DNA of 61,670 nucleotides, counting the filler, from Globobulimina sp. (taxonomy: Eukaryota): NCBI GenBank assembly GCA_003354225.1. It is 15 parts of 15 records of this genome, joined end to end, with 100 filler letters (N's around TTAATTAATTAA, not from the genome) between each part and the next. Parts side by side here need not be neighbours in the genome. Positions count along the whole stretch, not along the records: positions 32,955 to 36,972 come from PIVH01001730.1; positions 37,073 to 41,089 come from PIVH01001731.1; positions 41,190 to 45,206 come from PIVH01001732.1; 12 more parts are not named here. The stretch is one strand, 5' to 3'. Positions 33,240 through 45,306 of the stretch are shown here, in pieces. Made by a program: the position numbers and the translations under genes. Below the pieces are notes generated by a model. That model had not been told where the DNA came from, searched no databases, and saw only the letters and a program-made list of their open reading frames with translations. The first letter of the stretch is position 1, and each line of letters begins with the position of its first letter.

Positions 33240-34547
33240 ATGATTACTTGGGAAGTATGCATCTTGGCCTGGATCGTAGTCAGCGTTTTCATATTATCAC
33301 CATACACAATTTATTTGTATATTCAATTCGGAAAACATAAAAATTTGCCGTATTTTCATGCAAGAAGACCCAAGCTAATGTTGATAATTTTGATGAATCT
33401 AATTTATTATCAAGTATTCCATGCTCCAACATATGTATTATTTGCATTATTTTTATTTCCTGATACGAGCGGCTGTTAATTTATGATTTCCTATACAACT
33501 CATCAATGGCTGACATGAAATGGATTCAACCATTATTCACTTCAAACAATATTTATCATTCTGTGGCTTTGCATTACAATATTTACTACAATTATTTGTT
33601 GGAGCTCATGTTTCATCGAATATCCATCGTCATCGGCATCTGTGAGTGTGACAGTCATAATGATATTATTTCAAATTTTCTGTGCAGTTTCATCCATTGC
33701 GGTGCTCAAAGCTTTATACGAATCATCCAATGACAATATTGATATTTGGAGGGTGGCATCCAAGGAATTATGTGTTCAGTTCTTCGGTATTGTCGGTACT
33801 ATATGGGCTTCTATGGCAGAAAAAACAATGCCGAAATATTATCCAACTAATTCTATAAACGTGTTACAATGGATTTTATTGCCTGGTGTATCATTCTTTG
33901 TTGTTTACATAATGAGAATTGGATTACCTCTCTATTATTACAATAAACAACAAGCAGTATTTCAAAACGCAATGGCAATAACAATGCAGAGCCGCAAAGT
34001 GTCGTTAAACAGAATGCTTTGTGATGCATATGGTTTAAAAGTATTTGCACGCCATTTGGTGAAAGGTTTGTTGATATGTTCTTGTGTTACATTTGAATAT
34101 CAGGCGTGTACATTGTATACAGAATACTGTGTTGAAAATTTATTGTATTTGATTGAAGTGAATTATTGGAAACAAATTTGTTTACATCGGTGCAAAAACG
34201 ATGTGCAATTTTTAGAAAAAGAAACGTTAAAAATAAAATTTGAATTGAGTCACAAATTGGATAATGTGAGCATTGTAAATTATTGGTGTCAGATTTATGA
34301 GAAATATGTAAATGGCTCAACTGCAGCTTGGGAAATTAACATTAGCTCAGCCAATCGAGTGCAGTTAGAAGCATTGTATACAAAATTAAGAGTTGATAGA
34401 AACACAAATATTGAATTGGATATCGGTGAAATGAATGATGCGTTGAATGCAGCGACACGTGATGTAAATGATAATCTGTTAAATGCTTTTGCTCGCGTCA
34501 GAGCAACATGTGATTATAAAGAATGGGAACTCAAAGTGTTACAATGA
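33240..34547 (+). pseudogene. 7TM-RGS gene with two frameshifting lesions (in-frame 57-nt intron 34066-34122)
   Basis: TM1-2 (ARRP), RLLIYDF..DMKW and FIILWLC.. lie in three different frames. RGS: FARHLVKEYCVENLLYL...WEINIS...NAFARV. Confidence 0.65.
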
Positions 34548-34685
34548 CTGCACATTACACCCACATTTTGCAATATTATCATCATTTTGTTGACCGTGTG
34601 CCATTAGTTTGTAATTACTGCTTTTTGTTTGTGACTTTGTGTTTACAGCGGCACACTTGTTAATATAATGCTTCTTTGAAGAACA

Positions 34686-35990
34686 ATGCATGTTTTACTG
34701 TACGTTGTTGAAAAACTGTCTTTGCTAAAGGATGATGGGCACGTTACCTTTAGTTTTTTTTATTTAGTTATTGGATTGTTACCATTAATAAAATTGACAT
34801 TATCGCAATTTCCATTTTCATTAAATATCCCAACAGCAACGAAATGCACCACATGTAAATTTAATTGGCCTCGATCAGCTCACTACGGATATTCCTTCAA
34901 TCTGTACAATTCGACTGTTAATTTAGATACTTCGCAACTGGTCACATTCTCCGCCATTGCAATTAATTATGATTCATACGATTCAACGCATCCATCCTGT
35001 GATGCAACTTCTGGATTTCTCGAACAATACTACTATCAAATCTCAATATATTACCGCCAATCTGTCAACGTTTCATGGGTCCAAAAGGAAGCAAGAAATG
35101 GAGAGATTGACCGAGATAAATCCAGCGGAATTGATCGAATCCCATTAAATCCCAATCCACAAACCGATCCACCCATTATTTTAACCACTGGCCTATGGTA
35201 CATTGGCTTGCAATTATGGTGGATGGTGGTCTCGCAACGTTGTGACTGTTAAGTAAAAATAAACCATCTGCTTATATGCAATTAATTCGTCCACAGTCCA
35301 CACCAACTCGTTTAATCTAATCTACTTTCAGTCATCGTGGATGGTTGGAATATATCAAATATTAACGGTCCCACCTATCCCATCGCATATTTAACAGCAC
35401 CTATGCCTCAAACCAATCATGTCATGTATTTCAAAGATATTATCTGTTTGCAAGGCGATGTAGCCAGCAACAATGCACATTTATTATCTGCTGCAATCTT
35501 ACCTCATTTTGATATTGAATTTGAAATTGCTACGCTTTCACCTACAACATCACCAACAGATAATCCAACTACTTCCACACCGACGATAAAGCCAACTATA
35601 TCACCGAGCACTAATCCATCCATTACACCTACAAATACACCCACCCTCTCACCCACACACAACCCGTCCATTCCACCGACGAGTAACACATTACATCCAT
35701 CATCCCCGCCAAGTATAACACCATCGATAAATCCGTCTATAAATCCGACTATAAATCCGACCTATTCACCTTCTACAGCCCCGACCAATGCACCATCAGA
35801 TAATCCCACTGATTCACCCAGCATTGAACCTACACTTCGTCCAACACCTCGTCCATCATTTGCACCCACACCGTATGTAAGAAATCAATATATATCCATC
35901 TGACAGCACAAAAAAACAAACGCAAATGTAAAAGTTTAGAAGGTAAACCGGACGTCTGGTTTACAGTGGAACGTTCTGTATTGGTTGGAG
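34686..35990 (+). CDS. Secreted PT-repeat (mucin-like) protein, spliced, apparently truncated
   Basis: Signal-like segment, intron at about 35240-35296, and a long (P[TS]xx)n tract at 35540-35870. Confidence 0.6.
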
Positions 35991-36972
35991 CACAATGCAT
36001 TATTTGCAGCGGAGTTGACTAATGTTATTAAATATTGATTGTTAACTTTTATTTTACTGAGGCCTAAAGAATGATATTTTAAACATTGCCAAAATACACC
36101 GCAATACGCATCAATGCCCAGTCCATTACATCGAGCAACCAAAGCAGTGTTGTTATCCAATATATCAATGTATTCATTGCTTGCGGCAGTATCTATTTGT
36201 TCATATTCAAACGTAATACGCGGAGAAATACACTCAAAGTTACTGATTGTAAAATAAATGTTAAAATAGGTATCAACACCGCCTTCAGAAGATGCGATAT
36301 TCACAATCGTTTCTGCGAATCCATTGGATACAGGAAATACATCAATATAATGACATACTGTGTTACTACCACAAGTTGTAAATTCGTTGGTTGGTGAATG
36401 GGTCGGATTTCTTGTTGTTGGTGTATTGCTTGGTTGTGATGTCGGACTCGGATTATGTGTTGGTTCATTAGTGGGTGCATCAGTAGGTGTTTTTGATGGA
36501 GTTGGTGTTGGCAGCGGTGTTGGGAAAACTGTTGGGAACGAAGTAGGATCAGAGTTAGTCGGTAATTTTGTTGGTGAATTACTGGGGAATTTGCTAGGAT
36601 TATTTGTTGGATCATCAGTGGGAATCTTCGTTGTTGGAAATGATGGACGCGGTGTTGGATAGTTTGTAATTACTGCAGCTTTTGTTGGAATAGTTGTGGG
36701 ATTATTGCTTGGTAACTTGGTGGGTGGTACAGTTGGATCAATTGTTGGCGAGCTGGTCGGCTGAATTGTGGTCGGAGTAAATGTTGGCCGCATGGTAGGC
36801 TCCACCGTTGGCGACGGACTATCGCCACAGAACAATCTCAATCTGGCATTAATAGTATACAGAAGTTTCCACGGTAAACCAGACAAATATTTCTCCTGGG
36901 TATACCAGACCACATGAGTTGATTCAACAATTCTTGTAATTGTATTTTTATTTTTGTTGGGAAATGGAGATA
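35936..36972 (-). CDS. PT-repeat protein with Cys-containing extracellular domains (fragment)
   Basis: (PTxx)n tract at about 36390-36820, flanked by beta/Cys domains. Confidence 0.65.
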
Positions 36973-37309
36973 NNNNNNNNNNNNNNNNNNNNNNNNNNNN
37001 NNNNNNNNNNNNNNNNTTAATTAATTAANNNNNNNNNNNNNNNNNNNNNNNNNNNNNNNNNNNNNNNNNNNNAATATTGAGCGATTTTGATTTTGGTGTT
37101 TGGTTTGGTGGTGATATTCGATGACAAATGTTTGTAGGGAAAATAAGGAATACTAAAATTAATTTAAATAAAAAATAACACTGTGGAGGGCCAGAGAATA
37201 ATTCCCAGTCAATAAATGAACACAGAAAAGTTTTTGAAGAAAGAAAAGAAAAACACTCAAAGCACTAACCACAAAACACAAGTTTTGAGATTAAAAAACT
37301 GCGCAAATC

Positions 37310-39121
37310 ATGTTTAGCATGCGTCGTATTCCCAGACAGATGAACCAAACACGATCGTTTGCAGCAGTAAGCAAATTAGTAAAACCATCAGTATCAATCG
37401 AGAATACGCAATTATTTATCAACAATCGTTTTGTTGATTCTTTATCCGGCAAAAAATTGCATACTATCGATCCGCGAAATGACACCAGCATAATTAGCGT
37501 AAGCGAAGGTTTTGAAGAAGATATCAATTTAGCTGTAGATGTTGCCTACGATGCATTTTATAATGGTCCGTGGTATAACAAATATACAGCCTCTGAACGT
37601 GGTCGTATATTAAATAAATGGGCAGATTTAATTGAACAAAACATTGAAGCATTGGTTGAGTTGGAATCATGGGATGTTGGCCAACCGCTTGCATTGGCTC
37701 GGCGTCTAATTCACTCCGGACTTGGCTCAGTTAGATATTATGCGGGATTTACAGACAAAGTGGATGGGGCTACGTTATCACCAGATGCGCCAAATTTTAT
37801 TGCTGTCACCTTTAAGTTTGTTTCTCCATATTATATTCAGCACAAATCAGTTATAAATTGCAGCATAATAATATTAACAGAGAGCCAATTGGAGTGATCG
37901 GTGATATATTACCATGGAATGCACCGGCTACGCTTTTTTTGATGCAGTGTGCTGCAGCATTGGCCTGCGGGAACACAATGGTCATCAAACCAGCAGAAAC
38001 ATCGCCATTAAGTGCGTTGTATTTAAGTGCATTGGCGGCAGAAGCGGGATTTCCAGCTGGTGTATTAAATATTGTTCCAGGCTTTGGCGAAACGGCCGGA
38101 CAAGCTTTGTTTAGAAGTAATAAAGTTGGCAAATTATCATTTACTGGAGCGTCTATAACAAGTTTGTATCCATTTAAAATGTATACGCAATATCAAATAT
38201 TATACAATATATTTGCTGCTGCATTGCCGTTATATAATATTATATGTCTTTAACAGTGCGATTAATACATATTTTTTACTGCAATATGCTATTTTGTGTG
38301 ACAAAAAAAAGTTTATCATACTGTTTTACTGTAAAATTTGCAATGATTGATTGACAGGAAAAGCTGTGATGAGGACGGCGTCCGATAATTTGATCCCAGT
38401 TTCATTAGAATTGGGCGGTAAGTCGCCATTAATTATATTTCCCGACGCAAACATTGATGCGGCAGTAAATGTGTGTCAAACCGGCGTGTTTACAAATAGT
38501 GGACAGGTTTGCTGCGCGTCAACGCGCATTTTCGTTCATGACTCCATTTACGATGAATTTGTGGAGAAAACAGTGGCTGTGACAAAGAAAAGAAAAGTCG
38601 GTGATAATTTAGATGGGGATGCTGCCGTTGATCAAGGGCCGCAACAAAATAAGCAACAATTCGAGAAAGTGTTGTCATATTTAAAAATTGGCAAAGAGGA
38701 AGGTGCGAAAGTGCTTACCGGCGGGAACAGATTTGGCGATGAAGGATATTTTGTAGAATCAACTGTTTTTGGCGATGTTACGGATAATATGGAAATTGCA
38801 AAAAAAGAAATATTTGAGCCTTGTATGCAGTTACTTAAATATTCAGATGATGTGAAAAATTATGAATTTGACGATGTGTTGGAAAGAGCAAATAATACAC
38901 GATTTGGTTTGGCTGCGGGTGTTGTTACAAATGACACAAATATAATCCATAAATGTAGAAAGAAAATGCAAGCGGGAACAATTTGGGTGAATTGTTGGAA
39001 TGCATTTTTTGCACAGACTCCATTTGGTGGATATAAAGAATCTGGTTTTGGTCGCATTGGTGGTGCATACGGTATCGATAATTTTACAAAGGTTAAAGTT
39101 TGTGTTCAACATTTATTGTAA
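37310..39121 (+). CDS. Aldehyde dehydrogenase, mitochondrial ALDH1/2-like (introns 37816-37880 and about 38162-38357)
   Basis: LFINN, EPIGV..PWN, KPAETSP, LELGGKSP, GQVCCA, PFGGYKESGFGR; presequence. Confidence 0.93.
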
Positions 39122-39278
39122 ATCGTAAATAAAGAAAATTACACTGAATTAAAGTATTTTTATATTGTGTATAGTTTTATATTACTGCAAACATTTAGAA
39201 CATTAACGATGTTCTTCAAAACTTTAAGAAGATGAAATCCGAGAAGCCCCCAACTGTGGGGAACCAAAAGATGAACGA

Positions 39279-39479
39279 TATACCCCCACCCCCTTGTATA
39301 CATTTGGATCAATTATAAATTTGTTCTGACTTTGTTCTGGATTTGCAAACCCAAGACAAAGTTATAACAAACACAGAACAAATCCAAGACAAACATATAG
39401 CAAACAGTTTCTGGATTTGCAAAGCGTTTCTCAGAAAATTGAATCAAATGTATACAACTTATCGACCAGGGGGGGTATC
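39279..39479. mobile_element. Degenerate MITE-like inverted repeat
   Basis: TACCCCC...GGGGGTA termini; inner arms TTGTATACATTTGGATCAATT / AATTGAATCAAATGTATACAA; internal repeats TCTGGATTTGCAAA x2 and CCAAGACAAA x2. Confidence 0.55.
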
Positions 39480-39783
39480 TTTTGGAATATATCGTTGAAG
39501 GGAAATCTGACAGGAGACGTTGTTATCACTTTAAGGGGTTGTTCTTATATTGCGCAATATAAATTGGGACCTAGGACGGTAGTAGGACCTAGGTGCCATG
39601 CTATTGTCCCTAGACATGGACCACGCACAACCTCTAATCTGAAACGCATACAAACAATGCGCAGTCACCAAAACACATGTTTAGCAAAGTCATCAAGACT
39701 TAAAGTGTTACCCCATACTATAAAACTGTATTATACTTATTAAAAAAAAAAGAAATAATTAATAGTATGTGTCATATTTATAT

Positions 39784-40918
39784 TTATACTCTAGAAAAGT
39801 CAAATTTTTCTCCAAAAAGATGAGTATACTCATCCGCATCCGGACAAGCATGAGCCGACGCAATATTTAACTCCCACACACAGTCCCCGTCATAGCTGCC
39901 ATTGATAACTTTGTAATTAGGAACCGAAGGATTGCAAAACCAACGAATAATCTCCTCGCCTTGCGCTCCATTGCTGCACATCTGTCCTAACCAATAATGG
40001 AAGCTCCAATGCACATCCTCCGGATTGCTATTATGAAAGAAGGGCTGCACTCTGCCTTCTTGCCACACCGATAAATAATGCTCGCAGGTATGGGTCACGG
40101 TATTCTCAGTCATGGACATCACCCGAATGTCTCCCGTCTGCTGCCAACAATGAAGGCCATTCTGGCACGGACTGTAATAATGTTCATACCCATTGTTGTG
40201 CACTTTGTCATGGAGGACGGTGCCATTTAAATGACTCAAATCTAATCTATACCGGAGGCCAGTTGATGGTTCAAAATATTGCCATTGACAATTAGCGTTA
40301 TGGCTATCCTCAGGAACACAAGCTAACGGACTGCGGACATCTGTTTTAAGTGAAATATACAAAATATGTTAGTATATGCAAATAAAATATGTAAAAAAAA
40401 GGAGTTTGGATAGAGTGAGTTGCGAATTTGCGGGGAAAAAATATGCATTTGGACATACTCATTGTATAACGACATCTTTCTGGCTCATAGGCTTCATATA
40501 AATAGGTTTGTGGCTGAAGCTCGTCGCAGAGATAATATATGTTGGTTTCTCGCGGTTGTTGGGTGATGTCGCACATTTCACCGTCTTTGTATTGAAATGC
40601 CCATAAGGCGCCACCAAAAAAATAAAACGGTCTTTCATGATGATCTACAGATAAATAATGACGACATTGATTCTCTGGGAAACTGTATTGAACTGCGTTG
40701 GCATGGAAATCTGCAGTGCCTTGGCGACATTCTTCTCCATTACGGCATGGCGAGTGATAATAATTATTTCCATCCGGTGATCTATATTCTAAACGATAAC
40801 CACTCACTGAGGTTAAATTTAATGTATAGACGTTGTTGGGACCACCATGATACTCGCATGGCTGACCAGGTTGGCCTGACACCAAAGCTACAAAACCAAT
40901 CACGATAAAGGAGAGCAT
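39784..40918 (-). CDS. Soluble protein with two mannose-6-phosphate receptor homology (MRH) domains (intron 40341-40458)
   Basis: Signal peptide; two Y.L.L...YY.SPC.NG..C...C..YLS...C...I...C...C....I.S..AC repeats. Confidence 0.8.
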
Positions 40919-41724
40919 TGTCAAAGTTGCTTTTTTTTTTTTAGAAGGAAAGTTTTTTTTATTTTCAGTTGTTGAGTTTCTCAGCCTGCCTTTATTGAAA
41001 TTACGCAATTGCAACTAGTCAATTCTACCAAGCCACATCCACCACAACAAACAACATCTATAGCATGGCAACGATGAATAGTAACTTTANNNNNNNNNNN
41101 NNNNNNNNNNNNNNNNNNNNNNNNNNNNNNNNNTTAATTAATTAANNNNNNNNNNNNNNNNNNNNNNNNNNNNNNNNNNNNNNNNNNNNTACCGCTTTCT
41201 CTTTGCGATCAGCATATGCAAAGTTTAGATATGGTAATATTATACCCCATAAGTTTATCAATGATATAAAGAAGCAGTATTTATACATCTTCGATTGTAA
41301 GATGATGTACGTCATAATAATATGTATAAATAACATTGTATGTTACTTGCTTCTAGAAGAGATCCATATTTTGCAGCTCTTTCTTCATGCTCGCTATACA
41401 ACAAAAAATCACGAATGGTGTATTGAGTTAATGGACGTTGCCATTTTGTTAATATAATCGACACAATAAACATGTAAAATATGCCTTAGACAGGGGGTAA
41501 TCACATGTGATATAAATATATCAATGACGAATCACCCCTCACACCCCCGCACCCACCATATAATCAGGTGCACACGTGGAGATAAGTAAAGTAAACTAGT
41601 TAGTGATAAAAGTTTGTGTTTCAGTTTGTTTTCCTACAAAACAACTAAAGGACAAGACTTGAGTTGAGTCTGACCGTGTTTGTTTGAACAATGTACATAT
41701 CAAATCATAGCAAATCAAATCAAG

Positions 41725-43992
41725 TCAGGCCAAGCCAATGTTGTGTATGATATTATTCAGTTCCGTCCACTCAGTGTCATTTCTGTGGTGCTGGCACCGA
41801 CTTTGTATTTTCTGCAAAGCTTTCATTTCTTTGAGTCTTTTTTGATTGTAAAAATATTCTTCGTATCCAATCATTTGAATATGTTTGAGCCACACCTTGG
41901 CAGTGTTTGTGAAATATTTCAGACTCTCTTCGTTCTCATTCAGATTCTCGTAAACCACACCGATCTGATACTGCAAGTACGCATTTTCTTTCTTTTTTTC
42001 ACTCTCTTTTTCGAACGTTTTGTAGATGTCGAGGGCGTCGACAAAGTTCTGTTGCTGGACATGGACCTTGGCCAACAAAGTCAGGCATTTCTCGTCGGCC
42101 GGCTTGCTCTCCAAAATCTGCAGCAACTCAAACTTGCTTTTTTCATAAGCATCCAAATAAAAGTACGAAATGGCCAAATGATACTTGGCGAACATGTCGA
42201 AAGGCTCCAAATTCACCGCAAACTCCAAATGCTCCCTCGCCAAATCGTACTCCTTGCACAAAATGGCCATCCGCCCCGTTTCGAAGTGGATCTGATGCGA
42301 ATTGCCTTTGATTTTGCACAAATTCAGCATGCGGTCCAAGGCCTCGTCATAGCGGCCCAACGCCTCCAGGCACACATTGAGGCGGTCATAAATGGAGTCG
42401 ATCTCAATGCTCTCCACCGTCTGAAACATCTGATAGGCGCCGCTCCCGTCGCCGTCGCCGAGCAACATCTCCAAATATTCCACCGCCTCCTCCAGCTCCT
42501 CGGGGTTGTTGGCGCCGTGCTTTATCAACAAATTGCAGAGTTGCATGGTCGCCTCGGGCATATACATTTTGTTGCCGCTCTGCTTCAAAGTCTGCGCCAT
42601 CGCCATCCGGAACTCCTGCTTGGCTTCGCCGACTCGCCCCAGTTCGCCCAGGCATTTCCCGGCCAAATAGCGTAACTGCGCCGACCGCGGCAAATACTTC
42701 AAAGCTTCGCAGAAGGCGCCGTACGCCGCCTCGGTGTCGCCGCGCTGGAAATGTTCCTGTCCGATCCCCGCCAAACTGTCCACCAATTTGATGCCGTTCT
42801 GCAGCTTTTCGTCGTCGGAGTCGCCGAGTTTGCGTTTTATCTCCGCGATGTCCGGGTAGTTCCCGACCAAACCGATCAGGATGAACATGGCCAATTGCTT
42901 GAGCTGCACCGACCGCGCATCCAGCAGATTGAAGGCGAACTTCATGCAGTCGTTGTCGATGAGAATCTTTTTGATCTCCATGAAGTCCGGACTGATGCTG
43001 CTCTGCCGCTCGCGGGGCGGGTTTTTGTGCACAAAGTCGATGATGTATGCGGGATCCTGGTAAATCACCAACAAACTGGCCGCCAGATCGGGCCGCATCG
43101 TGGGCACATCCTCGCAGTGCTTCATCACCAACGCCACGCTGTGCGAGCCCTCCTTCGCCACCTCCAGGTTGGGGATGGCAGTCAGATCCAGCAACAGCTG
43201 CAAGCCGGCAAACAGCAGCTGTTGGTCCTTGGTCTCCCCACACAGCGAATAGATCATATTCAGGAACTTGGAGACTGTCCAGCCGCCGTCCTCTGCGCTG
43301 CCTTTGTAGCCTTTGAGGATCTCCAACTTCCTCAGACATTTATCGAAGAAGACGTCGGGAGGCAGCGTGTTGGTGTCGCCGCTCAACATTCCGATCAAAC
43401 AGCCCACCGCCACCATGCGCGTCTGCGACGGGTATTTCTTGTCCAATAAAGGCATGAAATGCTTCCACTGCGCCATGATTCGCGTCGGGCGATGGGAATG
43501 GATCTGCGCGGCCCACAGCATCGGCAACGTTTGCGCCCAACTCGGGGCTGGGTTTAATCCGTTTTTGTTTGCATCTCCGTCCGCGTCCGCATCGGCATCG
43601 GCATCGCGGTCATAGTCGTCGGGCAAGGGGTACTTTGCCAGTTTTTTGAGGCAATAAACGTATGGGATGTCGCTGTCGTGCAACGCGAATAAGCCGGTGC
43701 TGATGGCGAAGGGGATGCCGATTAACATCAACATTCTGCGGAATTTATAACGTTTCATCCGCCACCAATCGGAGGAGCCCCATTTGGAGGACGAGGTGGT
43801 GGCAGCGGCAGTTTCAGCGATTTGCAGGGATTCGGACTGCGTTTCTATGGATTTTAATTTTTTGACTTTGATTTTGGTTTTTTTACCTTTGGGGGTTGAT
43901 AATAAACGGACGTTGTTGTATATTGAGGGGGTTACTCTGCGACTGGCTATGTGTGATATACGTTGCAATGGTGGACGCAGAAGGAATGACAT
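41725..43992 (-). CDS. TPR-repeat protein with predicted mitochondrial presequence and one TM
   Basis: 755 aa; Arg/Ser-rich N-terminus; LMLIGIPFAISTGLFAL; several 34-aa TPR-like units. Confidence 0.8.
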   Translation of the reverse strand: MSFLLRPPLQRISHIASRRVTPSIYNNVRLLSTPKGKKTKIKVKKLKSIETQSESLQIAETAAATTSSSKWGSSDWWRMKRYKFRRMLMLIGIPFAISTGLFALHDSDIPYVYCLKKLAKYPLPDDYDRDADADADADGDANKNGLNPAPSWAQTLPMLWAAQIHSHRPTRIMAQWKHFMPLLDKKYPSQTRMVAVGCLIGMLSGDTNTLPPDVFFDKCLRKLEILKGYKGSAEDGGWTVSKFLNMIYSLCGETKDQQLLFAGLQLLLDLTAIPNLEVAKEGSHSVALVMKHCEDVPTMRPDLAASLLVIYQDPAYIIDFVHKNPPRERQSSISPDFMEIKKILIDNDCMKFAFNLLDARSVQLKQLAMFILIGLVGNYPDIAEIKRKLGDSDDEKLQNGIKLVDSLAGIGQEHFQRGDTEAAYGAFCEALKYLPRSAQLRYLAGKCLGELGRVGEAKQEFRMAMAQTLKQSGNKMYMPEATMQLCNLLIKHGANNPEELEEAVEYLEMLLGDGDGSGAYQMFQTVESIEIDSIYDRLNVCLEALGRYDEALDRMLNLCKIKGNSHQIHFETGRMAILCKEYDLAREHLEFAVNLEPFDMFAKYHLAISYFYLDAYEKSKFELLQILESKPADEKCLTLLAKVHVQQQNFVDALDIYKTFEKESEKKKENAYLQYQIGVVYENLNENEESLKYFTNTAKVWLKHIQMIGYEEYFYNQKRLKEMKALQKIQSRCQHHRNDTEWTELNNIIHNIGLA

Positions 43993-44288
43993 TTTTTGTT
44001 GTTGGTTTGGGTGTTGGTGTTTGGTGGATTGGTATGGGAAATTTCTGGAGATTTCAAGTGTTTCTCTATTACTGATTGGTGGTGTGGTTTATATTTATAT
44101 TTGGGTGGGTTTGGTTGATTGAATGTGTTGTTGTTTGGTTTTGATTATTTGATGCAGCTTGGGAGAATAGACAGAATGTGCAGTTTTGGTCGATGATGGA
44201 AAACTTGATTTTCAGCCCAAAAACTCCAGCACAAAATAACTGAATCTTTGCAAATAACTGGTGAGAGAGTTGTTGGTGACTGGTTTTG

Positions 44289-44737
44289 ATGATGAATAGT
44301 TTGATAAGCTTACCACATGAAATATTGGCTCAAATTATATTTTGTTTAGGTTTTAAGGATGTCATTGTATTACGTATGTTATTGCTTTGTTGGTTTTGTA
44401 TTTGTGAATTGATAAGAAAATTATTGAAGGGCAAACAAATAAATTAATGAATGGATTGGTAGGTTTACAAATGGATATTATCCAAGAAAGGGATGAAAGA
44501 GAGAGACAATGGATGTTATTAAAGGACCAACACAATAAGTGTGGTTTTAGAAATGTCGAATCATCCGTTGATAATCACGCATTTGAACAAGGTGTAAAAG
44601 ATGCTTATGTTAAACATTGTAATTTGTCTTTTATTGATGGACAATGGAAAGGATATACCTTGTTAGGTTTTGTGTATTATTCTGTATTTAATGCAGTTAC
44701 GTTTATTGAATTGTTAACAGTGCAAAAATGTCATTAG
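44289..44737 (+). CDS. Possible small F-box-like protein (splice structure uncertain)
   Basis: MMNSLISLPHEILAQIIFCLGFKDVI (F-box-like), then ORF 44447-44737. Confidence 0.3.
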
Positions 44738-44905
44738 GCAATTAACGAAATTTACATATGGTTATCATTGATGGTTCAAGCAATGACATGTCGCGTATTT
44801 ATCCAGCACTCAATCAAACATTGACATTGTCAAAAATTAGTTGGTTACGGTCAGTCAAACATGTCACTTTTAAAAATTAACGCGACATAATAATTATAAT
44901 AATTG

Positions 44906-45206
44906 TCATCTTTGATCCGTAGAGCCATAGTTCGCTTTTGAATGTCTGGCATTTTTTTCCTTTTTTTCCATCAAATCATATCCTTCCTTCATAGTTTTCA
45001 TCTCATTTTTCCAATCCGTACAAGTCCAATAAAGCGCAGACAACAAACACCAAACCAAAAACGCGCCGGCTTCTCCAAACCAAATGCCATAAAACTTCCA
45101 TTTTGCAACAAAACCTAAAATAATCGACAAGATCAAGCCAACGATGTAATAGCCTATCAACATAAATGTGCCGCCGCGAGCCAACCTCCCCACCGATACA
45201 AAAATG
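44906..45206 (-). CDS. MATE-family transporter C-terminus (5' truncated)
   Basis: GR..RGG..MLIGYYIVGL.L...LGF...W...GIW.G is typical of MATE TM11-12. Confidence 0.7.
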
Positions 45207-45306
45207 NNNNNNNNNNNNNNNNNNNNNNNNNNNNNNNNNNNNNNNNNNNNTTAATTAATTAANNNNNNNNNNNNNNNNNNNNNNNNNNNNNNNNNNNNNN
45301 NNNNNN

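Noticed and set aside
41680-43615. Long overlapping or antisense ORFs (331, 311, 232 aa)
   Set aside because: These are shadows of the GC3-rich TPR gene with no recognisable motifs.
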